In this document: in pieces, positions 18,878 through 29,420 of the stretch
How the letters are laid out: each line of letters begins with the position of its first letter
Numbering within the stretch: the stretch's first letter is position 1
Assembly: GCA_023898725.1 (NCBI GenBank)
Contig: CP060236.1
Span: forward strand, 342,804 to 406,803
From: Alphaproteobacteria bacterium
Lineage (GTDB): Bacteria > Pseudomonadota > Alphaproteobacteria > JAUHZC01
Length of the DNA: 64,000 nucleotides
Direction: 5' to 3'
Program-made: the position numbers and the translations under genes
Notes under the pieces: generated by a model
The model's database searches: none
What the model was told of the DNA's origin: nothing
Seen by the model: only the letters and a program-made list of their open reading frames with translations

Positions 18878-21678
18878 TCATCAATGTCCTTTAAAACATC
18901 TCGACATCGCTCACAAACAGGCCCAAGATCTGAAACAATAACGACCTCATCGAGCACCCGCCAACACCGCTCACACTTTCCACCCCGCGCACTATGGACA
19001 ACAACCCCAATATCGCTAAATTCCCCCAAAGAAAAAGCTTCCGGAGGAATAGTTCCCTGCATTAAACCAACAGAAGAAACAATGGCTAACTCCGCCCAGA
19101 GGTTCTCCTTCAACGACACACTCCCCTTTGGTACGTAAAGATCCACATGGGCTTGTAAACTAGAGCCAATGGTTCCCTCACCGCGTGCCTTTTCAAGGGC
19201 ACCCGTCATCACACGGCGAATCTCACGAATGGTCGCGATGCGTTTATCCAGACGAGGATTCTGCCAACCCTCACAAAGAGCATGCAATTCCTCCAGATGG
19301 ATACTGGGTGCCCCTGGGTACAGGTGCCCCCACGCTTCTTGAGTTGTGGACACAAGAACAGGAGCAAGCCACCGCAAAAGATTATCAAGCACGTGATGCA
19401 TTACATAGCGACACGCACGACGCTTGGGCGATGATTGCTTATCGCAGTACAAACTATCTTTGCGCACATCAAAGTAAAACGACGATAAGTCCGTTGTACA
19501 AAAGTTATGTATCGCAGCATAAAGATTCAGAAAATCAAAAGTCTCAAACCCTTTTTTGGCTTCTTCATTAAGTGTCCACACCCTATGCAGGACCCACTTT
19601 TCTAAATCGGGAAGATCATCGTACGCCACACTATCTTCGGGTGAATACGCATGCAAGGCACCCAGCAGATATCGAATTGTATTCCGGAAGCGTCGATAGA
19701 TATCTTTTTGATGGTTCAAAATCTCACGACCAAAAGTCACATCATCGGAAACGTCACTCCCAACAACCCATAACCGCACCATCTCAATACCCATTTCATC
19801 TGCTATACCAAGGGGAGACAGGGCATTTTTATCAGACTTAGACATTTTTTGATGCTTTTCATCCAAAATAAATCCATGGGTCAGCACAGACCGATAGGGA
19901 GCTTGACCTTTGGTTGCCACACCAATAAGGAGCGAAGATTGAAACCATCCACGATGCTGATCAGAACCCTCAACATAGAGGTCTGCAGGCCACGCAAGGT
20001 CCTTGCGTGCCTGTAAAACATAGGCATGACTTGAACCCGATTCAAACCACACATCCAAAATATCATAGACAGGCTCATAATCTGCGTGGTCATAGTCCGT
20101 TCCCAGAAAACGACGTGCATCACCTGAAAACCAAACACCACAACCCTTTTGGGCTACCTCTTTCACAATGCGTGCATGAACCTTTTTGTCCCGCAAAACC
20201 TCTCCTGTGTGAGTATTCACAAAAACAGTAAGGGGAACTCCCCACATCCGCTGGCGCGTGATACACCAGTCTGGTCGTCCCGACACCATACTTCCAATGC
20301 GCTTTTCACCGCTTTCGGGGATCCAGGAAACAGTCTTAATGGTCTGAAGAGCTTCCTGGCGTATTCCTGAACGATCAAGCTCAATAAACCACTGAGGAGT
20401 CGCTCGATAAATAAGAGGAGCCTTTGAGCGCCATGAGTGCGGGTAACTGTGGACAACTTTTGACGCTCCCAACAGGGTATTTTTGTCACGCAGGAAGGTG
20501 ATAATTTCTGAATCAACCTTAAAAATATGCTTGCCCGCAAAAATAGGAACCTGATCTGTGTATATGCCATCCTCAGTCACTGTCTCTGGGACATCCAAAC
20601 CATGGGCCCGCCCCAGCTGAAAATCATCCGGCCCATGGCTAGGGGCTGTATGGACAAAACCAGTGCCTGCTTCTGTGGTCACATACGTAGCCGGCAAAAG
20701 CGGCACATTAAAGGCATATCGGTCATCACAAAAAGGGTGCTGACAGATAGATGCCGCAAATGCTGATCCCTTAAGATGTTTTATTGTCTCATATTTTTCA
20801 ATACCAACTTGTGTGCAAAAAGACGCACATAAATCCGCCGCAATCAAAAATTCCGTATTTAACGGGACAATACTCCGCTCGCCCACAACCTGTGCGCGAA
20901 TACACACATATTTGATGTCTGCATTGTAAGCAATCGCTCTATTAGCCGGTATGGTCCAGGGAGTTGTGGTCCAAATAACGACGTTTTTTCCAACAAGATT
21001 TGCATCAGGGGCTTGCGTAATAGGAAAGCTCACATAAATAGAAGACGATGTGCGTTCATGATATTCCACTTCAGCCTCAGCCAACGCCGTTTTTTCCACA
21101 ACCGACCACATGACCGGGCGAAAACCCCGATAAAGGCTTCCCTTCAAAAGAAAGTCACCCAAGTTTTCGAGAATAGCCGCCTCACTTTGGGGGTTCATTG
21201 TTGTGTAGGCGTTTCCCCAGTCCGCCATGAGCCCTAAGCGCTTGAGTTCGTCACGCTGTACATCGATCCAATGCTGAGCAAACGCCGCACACTCTTTGCG
21301 AAAATCTTCTGGAGAAACCTCGGCTTTGTCTTTTCCAGCCTCCCTGTATTTCTCCTCAATTTTCCACTCAATGGGAAGGCCGTGACAGTCCCAACCAGGC
21401 ACAACAGGAACATCCTTGCCAAGTAATGATTGGCCCCGCACGATCACATCTTTTAAAATACGATTGAGCGCATGCCCCATATGAATATGACCATTTGCAA
21501 AAGGGGGGCCCTCATGCAGAATGTATTTTTTTCGTCCCTTGCGTAGTTTGCGCAATTTTTCATAGACATGGGTATTTTCAAGTTCCGCAAAAATTTCACG
21601 CTCCCGTGTCGGAAGACTCCCGCGCATAGGGAAATCTGTTTTAGGAAGAAACACTGTATCTTTAAGAAGTTTTGTCAT
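18874..21678 (-). CDS. ileS: Isoleucine--tRNA ligase
   Basis: HIGH motif PPFANGHIHMGHALN, KMSKS motif, and a C-terminal Zn-finger CERCWRV...CERC. The start was set at MTKLLKDTVFLPKTDFPMRG (ATG at 21678). The longer ORF would overlap the upstream gene. Confidence 0.93.
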   Translation of the reverse strand: MTKLLKDTVFLPKTDFPMRGSLPTREREIFAELENTHVYEKLRKLRKGRKKYILHEGPPFANGHIHMGHALNRILKDVIVRGQSLLGKDVPVVPGWDCHGLPIEWKIEEKYREAGKDKAEVSPEDFRKECAAFAQHWIDVQRDELKRLGLMADWGNAYTTMNPQSEAAILENLGDFLLKGSLYRGFRPVMWSVVEKTALAEAEVEYHERTSSSIYVSFPITQAPDANLVGKNVVIWTTTPWTIPANRAIAYNADIKYVCIRAQVVGERSIVPLNTEFLIAADLCASFCTQVGIEKYETIKHLKGSAFAASICQHPFCDDRYAFNVPLLPATYVTTEAGTGFVHTAPSHGPDDFQLGRAHGLDVPETVTEDGIYTDQVPIFAGKHIFKVDSEIITFLRDKNTLLGASKVVHSYPHSWRSKAPLIYRATPQWFIELDRSGIRQEALQTIKTVSWIPESGEKRIGSMVSGRPDWCITRQRMWGVPLTVFVNTHTGEVLRDKKVHARIVKEVAQKGCGVWFSGDARRFLGTDYDHADYEPVYDILDVWFESGSSHAYVLQARKDLAWPADLYVEGSDQHRGWFQSSLLIGVATKGQAPYRSVLTHGFILDEKHQKMSKSDKNALSPLGIADEMGIEMVRLWVVGSDVSDDVTFGREILNHQKDIYRRFRNTIRYLLGALHAYSPEDSVAYDDLPDLEKWVLHRVWTLNEEAKKGFETFDFLNLYAAIHNFCTTDLSSFYFDVRKDSLYCDKQSSPKRRACRYVMHHVLDNLLRWLAPVLVSTTQEAWGHLYPGAPSIHLEELHALCEGWQNPRLDKRIATIREIRRVMTGALEKARGEGTIGSSLQAHVDLYVPKGSVSLKENLWAELAIVSSVGLMQGTIPPEAFSLGEFSDIGVVVHSARGGKCERCWRVLDEVVIVSDLGPVCERCRDVLKDIDE

Positions 21679-21748
21679 ATTTTTGTTCTGAACCTTATTC
21701 ACAAAGTTACCGCAGTCTACTCTTTTTTGACACCAATCAACAGGAGGG

Positions 21749-22804
21749 TCAACGAGGTGTCTCTTGATTGTGTTTGCCAACAAAGGAAGCCACAGCCATC
21801 GCCCCTGACCAACGCAAGTTGTCAAGCGCCACCCACAACTGAAGTCGATTGGGGTAGTTGGGATTCATGCGGCGACGCCCCACGTAAATAAAATCATCAC
21901 CCGCAACATCCATATGCGTTGCAAAATCGGCGTGGGCACTATCATGCCCAGCAACAACACACACACCCTGGGTGCGCGCCGCCCCAAGAATACTTTTGGT
22001 CAGTGGTTCCGCAAAGGTCACATGTAAGCTAATACCCACCCCCACAAACGCAGGAACAAGAACCCGTGTAATATCAATTGGAATTTGGCGCTTATAAAAC
22101 TTACACAGCTGAAGGCGCACAAGCTCCTCCAGGGATGTTTCGGCACCAGCACGGTGGAGATTTCCCACACAAGGAAGCGTATTAAACGCCATTGTTTTTG
22201 GGAAGTGCACCACAGGTGATGGCGCATTCATCAACGCATCTTTGGTTTGTTGCATAAGCTCAGCCATACCCTTATGTCCCTCAACAGAAACACCCTCATA
22301 GCTAGAAAGAGTGATACTTGTTAGCGTATGTGTTTTATTCAGATAACGCAGGGCATGCACAACACCCGAAACAAGTGGATTAGCAACCGCAGTGATCTTT
22401 TTGGTCTGCCATTCTTTTTCTTCTGATACATAAGGAACAAGAAGAGGAACATTAGGATCCAAAGAAAAGTAACCACTTGTGTCCAAAATTCTCCCACTGA
22501 ATCTTGCAAGATATGGCTTGGCAATGACCGTTTTACCCTCAGACAAGCAGTTGATTATTGTAGACACGCGACCAAAGTCTACCTTATCAAGGGTCACACA
22601 ACCGATATCAGCCTCTTCCCCATAGGTTACACGGGCTTGAGAGCGCCTACCAGAGTGTATCGCCACGATCTGTGACACAGGAACACCCGCATCACAAAGA
22701 CTTTGGAGAACAGCTTTTCCAACACTGCCGCTTGCCCCTAAAACGGCAATTTGCGCCACAGCCGACATGAGGGAGTCCGGGTTTTCTGAGGGACCTTTAG
22801 GCAT
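21749..22804 (-). CDS. Aspartate-semialdehyde dehydrogenase-like protein lacking the canonical catalytic Cys/His
   Basis: Rossmann motif IAVLGASGSVGK. ASD-like blocks SSYEGVSVEG, AFNTLPCV, YVGRRR and LWVALDNL. The active-site blocks read ANPLVS (not NPNCS) and FVGVGIS (not GHS). A GGAGG SD lies 8 nt before the ATG at 22804. Confidence 0.7.
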   Translation of the reverse strand: MPKGPSENPDSLMSAVAQIAVLGASGSVGKAVLQSLCDAGVPVSQIVAIHSGRRSQARVTYGEEADIGCVTLDKVDFGRVSTIINCLSEGKTVIAKPYLARFSGRILDTSGYFSLDPNVPLLVPYVSEEKEWQTKKITAVANPLVSGVVHALRYLNKTHTLTSITLSSYEGVSVEGHKGMAELMQQTKDALMNAPSPVVHFPKTMAFNTLPCVGNLHRAGAETSLEELVRLQLCKFYKRQIPIDITRVLVPAFVGVGISLHVTFAEPLTKSILGAARTQGVCVVAGHDSAHADFATHMDVAGDDFIYVGRRRMNPNYPNRLQLWVALDNLRWSGAMAVASFVGKHNQETPR

Positions 22805-23035
22805 CACTTGCCTCCACTGGATATGTGTTGGGATATGAATCAGGTTCTGGGGGTCGCAACACACCCACTTTTCCGCAACCAGAAAACAGGAGATTCACAA
22901 AAACAAGAGATATGAAAAAAAACAATCGACACATAAAAGGATAGCTACTCAATTCTGTTTGCTGTGATAGTGTTATATGTTACCTACGGTTATAGACATT
23001 CTATGAAAATATTCAAGCTCAAGAGAGGGCAGCAT

Positions 23036-23665
23036 ATGATATACAATTCCTGCACGCACCTGCACAAGAAAGCAATCCTTGTGATCTTCACGCTATGCCT
23101 AAGCCCTTTGATGGCCTTAAGCCCCATCGATCGTTTCCAGCTCAGTGATCAAGGAAAAGCCGCCGATGCCACGATGCATAAGCTCGATGGAAAGAAAACA
23201 CAACTCTCGCACTACAAAGGGAAATATGTTCTGCTGACATTTTGGGCTACGTGGTGCCGGGCGTGCGTTTTTGAAATGCCCTCACTTGAAAAGCTGGCAC
23301 AACAATTTAAACATGATAATATTGCTTTTGTGGCAATAACACGTCCCTATCCCTCACAGACCACCCAAATGGTGCAAGCATACCGCCGCACCAATGGGCT
23401 CATGTCCCTTGATTTTACAGAAGATAGCAGCACTAAAGAAACGCCTGCCCGCCTTCATGCTGCTTTCAATATCACAAGTTTACCAACAGCGATTCTTCTT
23501 GATCCCCGAGGACACATTATTGGCCGTCTTGATGGGGCTGTTCAGTGGGACCACAAAGACTTTATCCGTTTTTTTCAGGAGCTTATTGATGGAAAAGTAA
23601 AACCAAACCATTCGCCGTCCAAAAGTCCATCCCTATGGGACTCTTTTGTCGGTTTTTTTCGTTAA
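23036..23665 (+). CDS. TlpA/ResA-like periplasmic thiol:disulfide oxidoreductase (thioredoxin fold)
   Basis: FWATWCRACVFEMP CxxC motif, and the signal-like sequence KKAILVIFTLCLSPLMALSP. The start is uncertain (23003 or 23036). 23036 has an AGAGGG sequence upstream. Confidence 0.8.
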   Translation: MIYNSCTHLHKKAILVIFTLCLSPLMALSPIDRFQLSDQGKAADATMHKLDGKKTQLSHYKGKYVLLTFWATWCRACVFEMPSLEKLAQQFKHDNIAFVAITRPYPSQTTQMVQAYRRTNGLMSLDFTEDSSTKETPARLHAAFNITSLPTAILLDPRGHIIGRLDGAVQWDHKDFIRFFQELIDGKVKPNHSPSKSPSLWDSFVGFFR

Positions 23666-23692
23666 AAAAAGACAATTACTGAGGAAAAAAAT

Positions 23693-24634
23693 ATGGCCCC
23701 CACGCATACAAAAGTTTTAATCATTGGATCCGGTCCAGCAGGATATACAGCAGCTATTTATGCGGCGCGGGCTGCGCTTGATCCTATTCTTGTTCAAGGC
23801 ATGGAGCCTGGTGGACAACTTACTGTCACCACTGACGTGGAGAACTATCCAGGATTTGCGGAGGTCATTCAAGGCCCCTGGCTTATGGAGCAAATGGAAA
23901 AGCAGGCCCGACATGTGGGGGTTGTCCCTCTTTTTGATCGCATTAAAAAAGTTGATTTTTCGCGCCGCCCCTTTACCGCCGAATCTGAGTTTGGCGAACT
24001 ATTTACCGCTGACACTGTTATTATTTGCACAGGTGCGCAAGCTAAGTGGTTGGGAATTCCCAGTGAAGAAAAGTTTCGTGGGCACGGTGTATCAGGCTGT
24101 GCAACATGTGATGGATTTTTCTTTAAAGAGAAGCACGTGGCCGTTATCGGCGGTGGGAACACAGCAGTAGAAGAGGCACTTTATTTAACAAACCACGCCG
24201 CCAAAGTCACCCTCATTCACCGACGTGATACGCTGCGCGCGGAAAAGGTGTTGCAAGACCGCCTTTTTGCGCATGAGAAAATTACTGTTCTTTGGAATCA
24301 CCATGTTAAGGAATTTCAAGGAGAGGAGTCGCCACGCAAACTCAAAACGCTTGTTTTAGAATCAACAAACGATAAAAGCACCCAGAAGCTTTCTGTAAGT
24401 GGTGCCTTTGTGGCCATTGGCCATGCACCCCAGACGACAATTTTCGCTGATCAACTGCAGACAGATGAACAAGGTTATTTGATCTGCGCACCGGGTAGTA
24501 CAAAAACCGCCATTCCGGGTGTTTTTGCAGCCGGTGATGTGCAAGACAAGGTCTTCCGTCAAGCAGTGACGGCTGCGGGGCAAGGGTGCATGGCTGCGCT
24601 GGAGGCATCTCATTACCTTGCATCACAGAAATAG
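23693..24634 (+). CDS. trxB: Thioredoxin-disulfide reductase
   Basis: FAD motif IIGSGPAGYTAAIYAARA, redox-active CATCDG, and NADPH motif VIGGGNTAVEEA. Confidence 0.93.
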   Translation: MAPTHTKVLIIGSGPAGYTAAIYAARAALDPILVQGMEPGGQLTVTTDVENYPGFAEVIQGPWLMEQMEKQARHVGVVPLFDRIKKVDFSRRPFTAESEFGELFTADTVIICTGAQAKWLGIPSEEKFRGHGVSGCATCDGFFFKEKHVAVIGGGNTAVEEALYLTNHAAKVTLIHRRDTLRAEKVLQDRLFAHEKITVLWNHHVKEFQGEESPRKLKTLVLESTNDKSTQKLSVSGAFVAIGHAPQTTIFADQLQTDEQGYLICAPGSTKTAIPGVFAAGDVQDKVFRQAVTAAGQGCMAALEASHYLASQK

Positions 24635-24650
24635 AGGTTTTGTTCTCTAC

Positions 24651-26084
24651 CTAAAGAATGCCCAGATAACGCCACCAGACAGAGCCTACAACCCCCCAAA
24701 CAACAATATGGGCTAAGCTCATAACGAAACCATTTTTCCACCATTCGGTTACTGTCACGTAACGTGAGCCAAAAAACGCCGCCGCACTACCGCTTCCGTA
24801 ATGGGTTAAGCACCCTGACAAACAGGAAAAAAAGGCCAAAATAAGCGCAGAGGCTACTGGTGGAAGCCCACTGGCTAAAATAACAAGCAAGAAAGTTGCA
24901 TAAAATGCACTGACATGTGCCGTAATACTTGCAAAGAAGTAGTGAATATAAAAATAGAATCCCAGAAGCGCTGCAATTGCCAATGTTTGTGGAAGAAAGG
25001 CAACGGTTATTTGCGCCTGCCCACCCAACCATTTCATCATGCCAAATTTGTCAAGATACTCAGCCATCGTAAGAAGCACAGAAAACCAGATCAAGGTATT
25101 CCAGGCCCCTTTCTCATTTAAAATATCCTCCCATTGGAGAACCCCAACAAGCAAGAGGATCGAAAGACCAAGCAGTGCTGTGGTCGTTGCATCCACACCA
25201 ATATATTCTCCCAGTATCCACAAGGTGATCAGGAAGCAAAAAATACCCAACATAATTCCTTGGGCAAAATTAAGAGAGCCCATTTCTTTCAGGCGCTGGC
25301 GTGCCTGCTCCGGAGCTTGAGGAGTATCGCGAAGATCGGGAGGATAGATAAACGCCAAAATGAGAGGAATACAGATAAGCGAAATGATCCCCGGCACAAT
25401 GGCTGCTTGAAACCAGAGCATCCAGGTAATGTCAATGCCTGCACTTTTTGCAAACTCTACCATTAGGGGATTTCCAGCCATTGCCGTCAGAAACATGGCG
25501 CTAGTCACAACATTGGCATGATACCCCACTTGTATCAAATACGCTCCAATGCGTCTGCGCGTGGAAGCGTCTGGTTGACTCTGAAAGTTTAACGCAAGTG
25601 GTTGAATAATGGGATATGTAATGCCACCGCCGCGTGCTGTGTTAGATGGGATGACCGGCGCAAGAAAAAATTCTGTGAGCACAACACCATATCCCAAACC
25701 AAGGTAGTTTTTCCCAAGAAGAGCAATAAATAGATAGGCAAGGCGATCACCTAAGGTAGATTTGATAAACGCACGGGCGATAAGAAACGCAGAAACAGTG
25801 AGCCATACCGTTGGTGATGAAAACTTCGAAAGCGCCTGATCCATGCTCAGAACGTCCGCCGTTACAGCAACCACTAAGCCGATAAGAGCCGTTGCACCCA
25901 TTGGCAAGGGAGATGTTACAATACCTACAATTGTTGAGACAAAAATTGTAAAAAGACGCCACGTTTGGGGGGTCAGCCCTCCTGGAATAGGAACATTCCA
26001 CAGGATGAAACCCACAATAAGAACCCACACAAAGGGAACGAGCTTAACCCCCGACCATTGGCGGACACGTGGATGGCTTGACAT
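24651..26084 (-). CDS. DASS-family anion:cation symporter (2-oxoglutarate/malate- or dicarboxylate-translocator-like)
   Basis: About 13 TM segments. The N-terminal WRLFTIFVSTIVGIVTSPLPMGATALIGL pattern is typical of SLC13/DASS transporters. The start was set at the ATG at 26084 with AGGAA upstream; the ORF track has a GTG at 26120. Confidence 0.75.
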   Translation of the reverse strand: MSSHPRVRQWSGVKLVPFVWVLIVGFILWNVPIPGGLTPQTWRLFTIFVSTIVGIVTSPLPMGATALIGLVVAVTADVLSMDQALSKFSSPTVWLTVSAFLIARAFIKSTLGDRLAYLFIALLGKNYLGLGYGVVLTEFFLAPVIPSNTARGGGITYPIIQPLALNFQSQPDASTRRRIGAYLIQVGYHANVVTSAMFLTAMAGNPLMVEFAKSAGIDITWMLWFQAAIVPGIISLICIPLILAFIYPPDLRDTPQAPEQARQRLKEMGSLNFAQGIMLGIFCFLITLWILGEYIGVDATTTALLGLSILLLVGVLQWEDILNEKGAWNTLIWFSVLLTMAEYLDKFGMMKWLGGQAQITVAFLPQTLAIAALLGFYFYIHYFFASITAHVSAFYATFLLVILASGLPPVASALILAFFSCLSGCLTHYGSGSAAAFFGSRYVTVTEWWKNGFVMSLAHIVVWGVVGSVWWRYLGIL

Positions 26085-26579
26085 AGCGGGATTCCTAAAA
26101 ATTATGCGAAAGTTCTCCACATCCTACACAATAGATATTTTTCTGACTACCTATTTTTTTTCTGAAATAATAACTCTATTGAAGAGTAGGTTTTGACAAA
26201 TCTATCGCATTTCTCCCTTTCTTGATCCAGAAAAATCCCCCCATAAGTGATAATTTTTTCATCACCATTACTCATGTGAATTAGGAAGTTTTTTTGTATC
26301 AAAGTTGATTGACGTGTCCAGAAGATGTGTTTAAATTAGAAAGTGTTAGTTCCTGTAAGCCCTGTTTTTAAAGGGTTTTCCAGATGGTTGGTGGTATTAA
26401 TAAGGTGGGGCTTCTTTGTAACTTTTTGTTGCAAAGATCACTACTTAGGTGTGCATAGTCCGTTATTTTTGCGCGCTCCGCACACCCCTCTGAATTTCAT
26501 GATACGGGGTCATTGTGATTACGTATTTTCATTATTTGGCAAAACGCCTTAAACATAAAATTAAAGGGTATTACGTACG

Positions 26580-28418
26580 ATGCAATCAACGGCTTCAGCT
26601 TCTATCACACATAATCATGTAAGTACTAATCAGCCTTGCGAATCTGTGCATGCGATTCCCGAACGTGATGCACTGCTCACCGACTTTGGGAAAGCCGTGT
26701 TAACTGATCGGTATCTTCTTCCTGGCGAAACGTATCAAGATCTTTTTCTGCGTGTGGCAACTTACTATGGTGATAATACAGCCCATGCCCAACGCTTGTA
26801 TGATTACATTTCAAAACTCTGGTTTATGCCAGCGACACCCATTCTTTCCAATGGGGGCACCACGCGGGGCTTACCTGTTTCGTGTTTTTTGAACGAGGCC
26901 ACAGATAGTCTGTCAGGGATTGTTGGTTTATGGAATGAGAATGTCTGGTTGGCGTCTCGTGGGGGGGGCATCGGAAGCTATTGGGGAAATCTACGGTCCC
27001 TTGGTGAAAAAGTGGGGCGTAATGGGAAAACCTCGGGTGTGGTTCCTTTTATGAAAGTCATGGACAGCATGACGCTGGCTATTTCTCAAGGTTCATTACG
27101 GCGAGGATCTGCGGCTATCTACCTCCCCGTAGACCATCCCGAAATTGAAGAGTTTGTCGAAATTCGCAAGCCTACTGGTGGTGATTACAACCGCAAAACC
27201 CTCAATACACATCATGGGATTCTCATTCCTGACGCTTTTATGCAAGCCGTGGAAGACGATGGGATTTGGCAACTCAAAAGCCCGAAAGATGGGGAAGTTA
27301 TCCGCGAAATTTCTGCACGAGGGTTATGGATTCGCATTCTGACCACCCGTATTGAAACAGGTGAGCCTTATCTCATTTTCATCGATACTGTTAATAAGTC
27401 GATACCAGAACATCACAAGCGCCTTAATATGTTTGTAAAAATGTCAAACCTGTGTAGTGAAATTACACTCCCTACGGGCAAGGACCATCTTGGTAATGAC
27501 CGTACGGCGGTATGTTGCTTGTCATCGATCAACCTTGAAACCTACGATGCCTGGAAGGACGAACCGCAGTTCATCGAAGATATCATGCGGATGTTAGATA
27601 ATGTTCTTACCGATTATATTAATAACGCCACTTCTGATATGGCCAAGGCAAAGTATTCTGCTATGCGAGAGCGCTCAGTGGGTCTTGGGGTTATGGGTTT
27701 CCACTCATTCTTGCAATCAAAAATGATCCCATTTGAAAGTGTTACAGCAAAAAGCTGGAACAAACGGATATTCACCTATATCAAGGAGCAAGCGGACAAG
27801 GCTTCTATCGCCCTGGCCAAAGAAAGAGGCGCATGCCCCGACGCCATTGATGGTGGAAGTATGGAACGTTTTTCAAACAAAACAGCTATTGCACCTACGG
27901 CATCTATCTCCATAATTTGCGGAGGCACCTCTCCTGGAGTTGAACCAAATGCAGCCAATGCCTTTACGCATAAAACGCTTTCGGGGTCGTTTGCTGTACG
28001 CAACAAACACCTTAAAGACCTTCTTGCTGAAAAAGGGCATGACAATCCTGATATTTGGTCCTCCATTACAACAAATGAGGGGTCTGTTCAGCATCTAGAC
28101 TTTCTGAGTGCCCACGAAAAAGCCGTTTTCAAAACTGCTTTCGAGCTTGATCAGCGCTGGATTATTGAACATGCCGCTGATCGGCAGCCCTCTATCAGCC
28201 AATCACAGTCCTTGAATATTTTCTTGCCCAGCAACGTGCATAAAAAAACACTTCACGATGTCCATATGATAGCCTGGAAAAAGGGGGTGAAAAGTTTGTA
28301 TTACGCACGATCAAAATCTATTCAGCGGGCAGAAAGTTCCGTCTCTAGTGATCTTTCCCATCACAACACACCAGCTCCTGTCACAAATAACTATGAAGAA
28401 TGTTTATCCTGTCAATAA
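26580..28418 (+). CDS. nrdA: Ribonucleoside-diphosphate reductase alpha subunit (class I, no ATP-cone)
   Basis: 612 aa. LSNGG, CFL, NLCSEI, the active-site region CCLSSINL, and the C-terminal redox tail YEECLSCQ. Confidence 0.92.
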   Translation: MQSTASASITHNHVSTNQPCESVHAIPERDALLTDFGKAVLTDRYLLPGETYQDLFLRVATYYGDNTAHAQRLYDYISKLWFMPATPILSNGGTTRGLPVSCFLNEATDSLSGIVGLWNENVWLASRGGGIGSYWGNLRSLGEKVGRNGKTSGVVPFMKVMDSMTLAISQGSLRRGSAAIYLPVDHPEIEEFVEIRKPTGGDYNRKTLNTHHGILIPDAFMQAVEDDGIWQLKSPKDGEVIREISARGLWIRILTTRIETGEPYLIFIDTVNKSIPEHHKRLNMFVKMSNLCSEITLPTGKDHLGNDRTAVCCLSSINLETYDAWKDEPQFIEDIMRMLDNVLTDYINNATSDMAKAKYSAMRERSVGLGVMGFHSFLQSKMIPFESVTAKSWNKRIFTYIKEQADKASIALAKERGACPDAIDGGSMERFSNKTAIAPTASISIICGGTSPGVEPNAANAFTHKTLSGSFAVRNKHLKDLLAEKGHDNPDIWSSITTNEGSVQHLDFLSAHEKAVFKTAFELDQRWIIEHAADRQPSISQSQSLNIFLPSNVHKKTLHDVHMIAWKKGVKSLYYARSKSIQRAESSVSSDLSHHNTPAPVTNNYEECLSCQ

Positions 28419-28436
28419 GTAAATCCCGAGGCCACC

Positions 28437-29420
28437 ATGTCAACACGCACACCGAATCTTCTTACACCAAACCCTCTTTACAAGCCCTTTAATTATCCAT
28501 GGGCCTACGAAGCATGGCTTACACAGCAGCGCATCCATTGGCTTCCCGAAGAGGTTCCCTTATCCGATGATGTGCGTGATTGGAATAAAAGCCTCACTCC
28601 GTCAGAACGTAATCTTCTCACGCATATTTTTCGCTTTTTTACACAAGCGGACGTGGAGGTCAATAACTGCTATATGGAACATTATAGCCGCATTTTCCAG
28701 CCTACAGAGGTTAAAATGATGTTGGCCGCATTCTCAAATATTGAAACTGTTCATATCGCTGCATACTCCTATCTTTTAGACACGATTGGAATGCCCGAAA
28801 CAGAATATCAAGCATTTCTCAAATATGCGGAAATGAAAGACAAATGGGAGTACATGCAGTCATTTGGAGGGGATTCTCCTGAAGATATCGCCATGACTAT
28901 GGCTGTTTTTGGGGCATTTACAGAGGGCTTACAACTATTTGGATCATTTGCCATCCTTATGAATTTTCCGCGCTTCAATAAAATGAAGGGGATGGGGCAG
29001 ATTGTTTCATGGTCCGTGCGCGATGAAACACTTCACACGCACTCCATCATCCGCCTCTTTAAAACTTTTATTTCTGAAAATCCTCAGGTATGGACTTCTG
29101 CATTCATTCAGAAGCTTCAGGATACGTGTCAAAAAGTCGTAGAGCTGGAAGATGCTTTTATTGATCTTGCCTTTGAGCTCGGTGGTGTTGAGGGACTTGA
29201 GGGACAGGACGTCAAACAATACATCCGCTATATCGCCGATCGACGTTTGCGTCAGCTTGGTTGTAAGGCAATTTTTGGTGTTTCTCAAAACCCACTTCCG
29301 TGGATGGATGAAATGCTCAACGGGGTGGAGCACACAAATTTCTTTGAAAACCGAGCGACAGAATACTCCAAGGCCGCCACTCAAGGAACATGGGAAGATG
29401 TCTTTAACAAAGCTTCGTAA
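28437..29420 (+). CDS. nrdB: Ribonucleoside-diphosphate reductase beta subunit
   Basis: Di-iron/tyrosyl motif SNIETVHIAAYSY (ExxHxxxY) and a second ExxH in VRDETLHTHS. 327 aa, directly after nrdA. Confidence 0.92.
   Translation: MSTRTPNLLTPNPLYKPFNYPWAYEAWLTQQRIHWLPEEVPLSDDVRDWNKSLTPSERNLLTHIFRFFTQADVEVNNCYMEHYSRIFQPTEVKMMLAAFSNIETVHIAAYSYLLDTIGMPETEYQAFLKYAEMKDKWEYMQSFGGDSPEDIAMTMAVFGAFTEGLQLFGSFAILMNFPRFNKMKGMGQIVSWSVRDETLHTHSIIRLFKTFISENPQVWTSAFIQKLQDTCQKVVELEDAFIDLAFELGGVEGLEGQDVKQYIRYIADRRLRQLGCKAIFGVSQNPLPWMDEMLNGVEHTNFFENRATEYSKAATQGTWEDVFNKAS

Noticed and set aside
18874-21825. N-terminally extended ORF-track starts. Examples: ileS at 21825, pgi at 15312, the M16 peptidase at 18093, tssE at 62864, ybeY at 997, the PPIase at 57736 and the asd-like gene at 22864.
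   Set aside because: The extensions overlap upstream genes and encode non-conserved sequence. Internal ATGs coincide with conserved N-termini and/or SD sequences, so shorter coordinates were reported.
26121-26579. Possible NrdR box (ACACAATAGATATTTT, starting near 26126) or a cobalamin riboswitch upstream of nrdA.
   Set aside because: The NrdR-like match is 13/16 and single, with no properly spaced second box. It also lies about 450 bp from nrdA, at the start of the divergent transporter gene. I could not find a B12-box or the conserved riboswitch core by eye.
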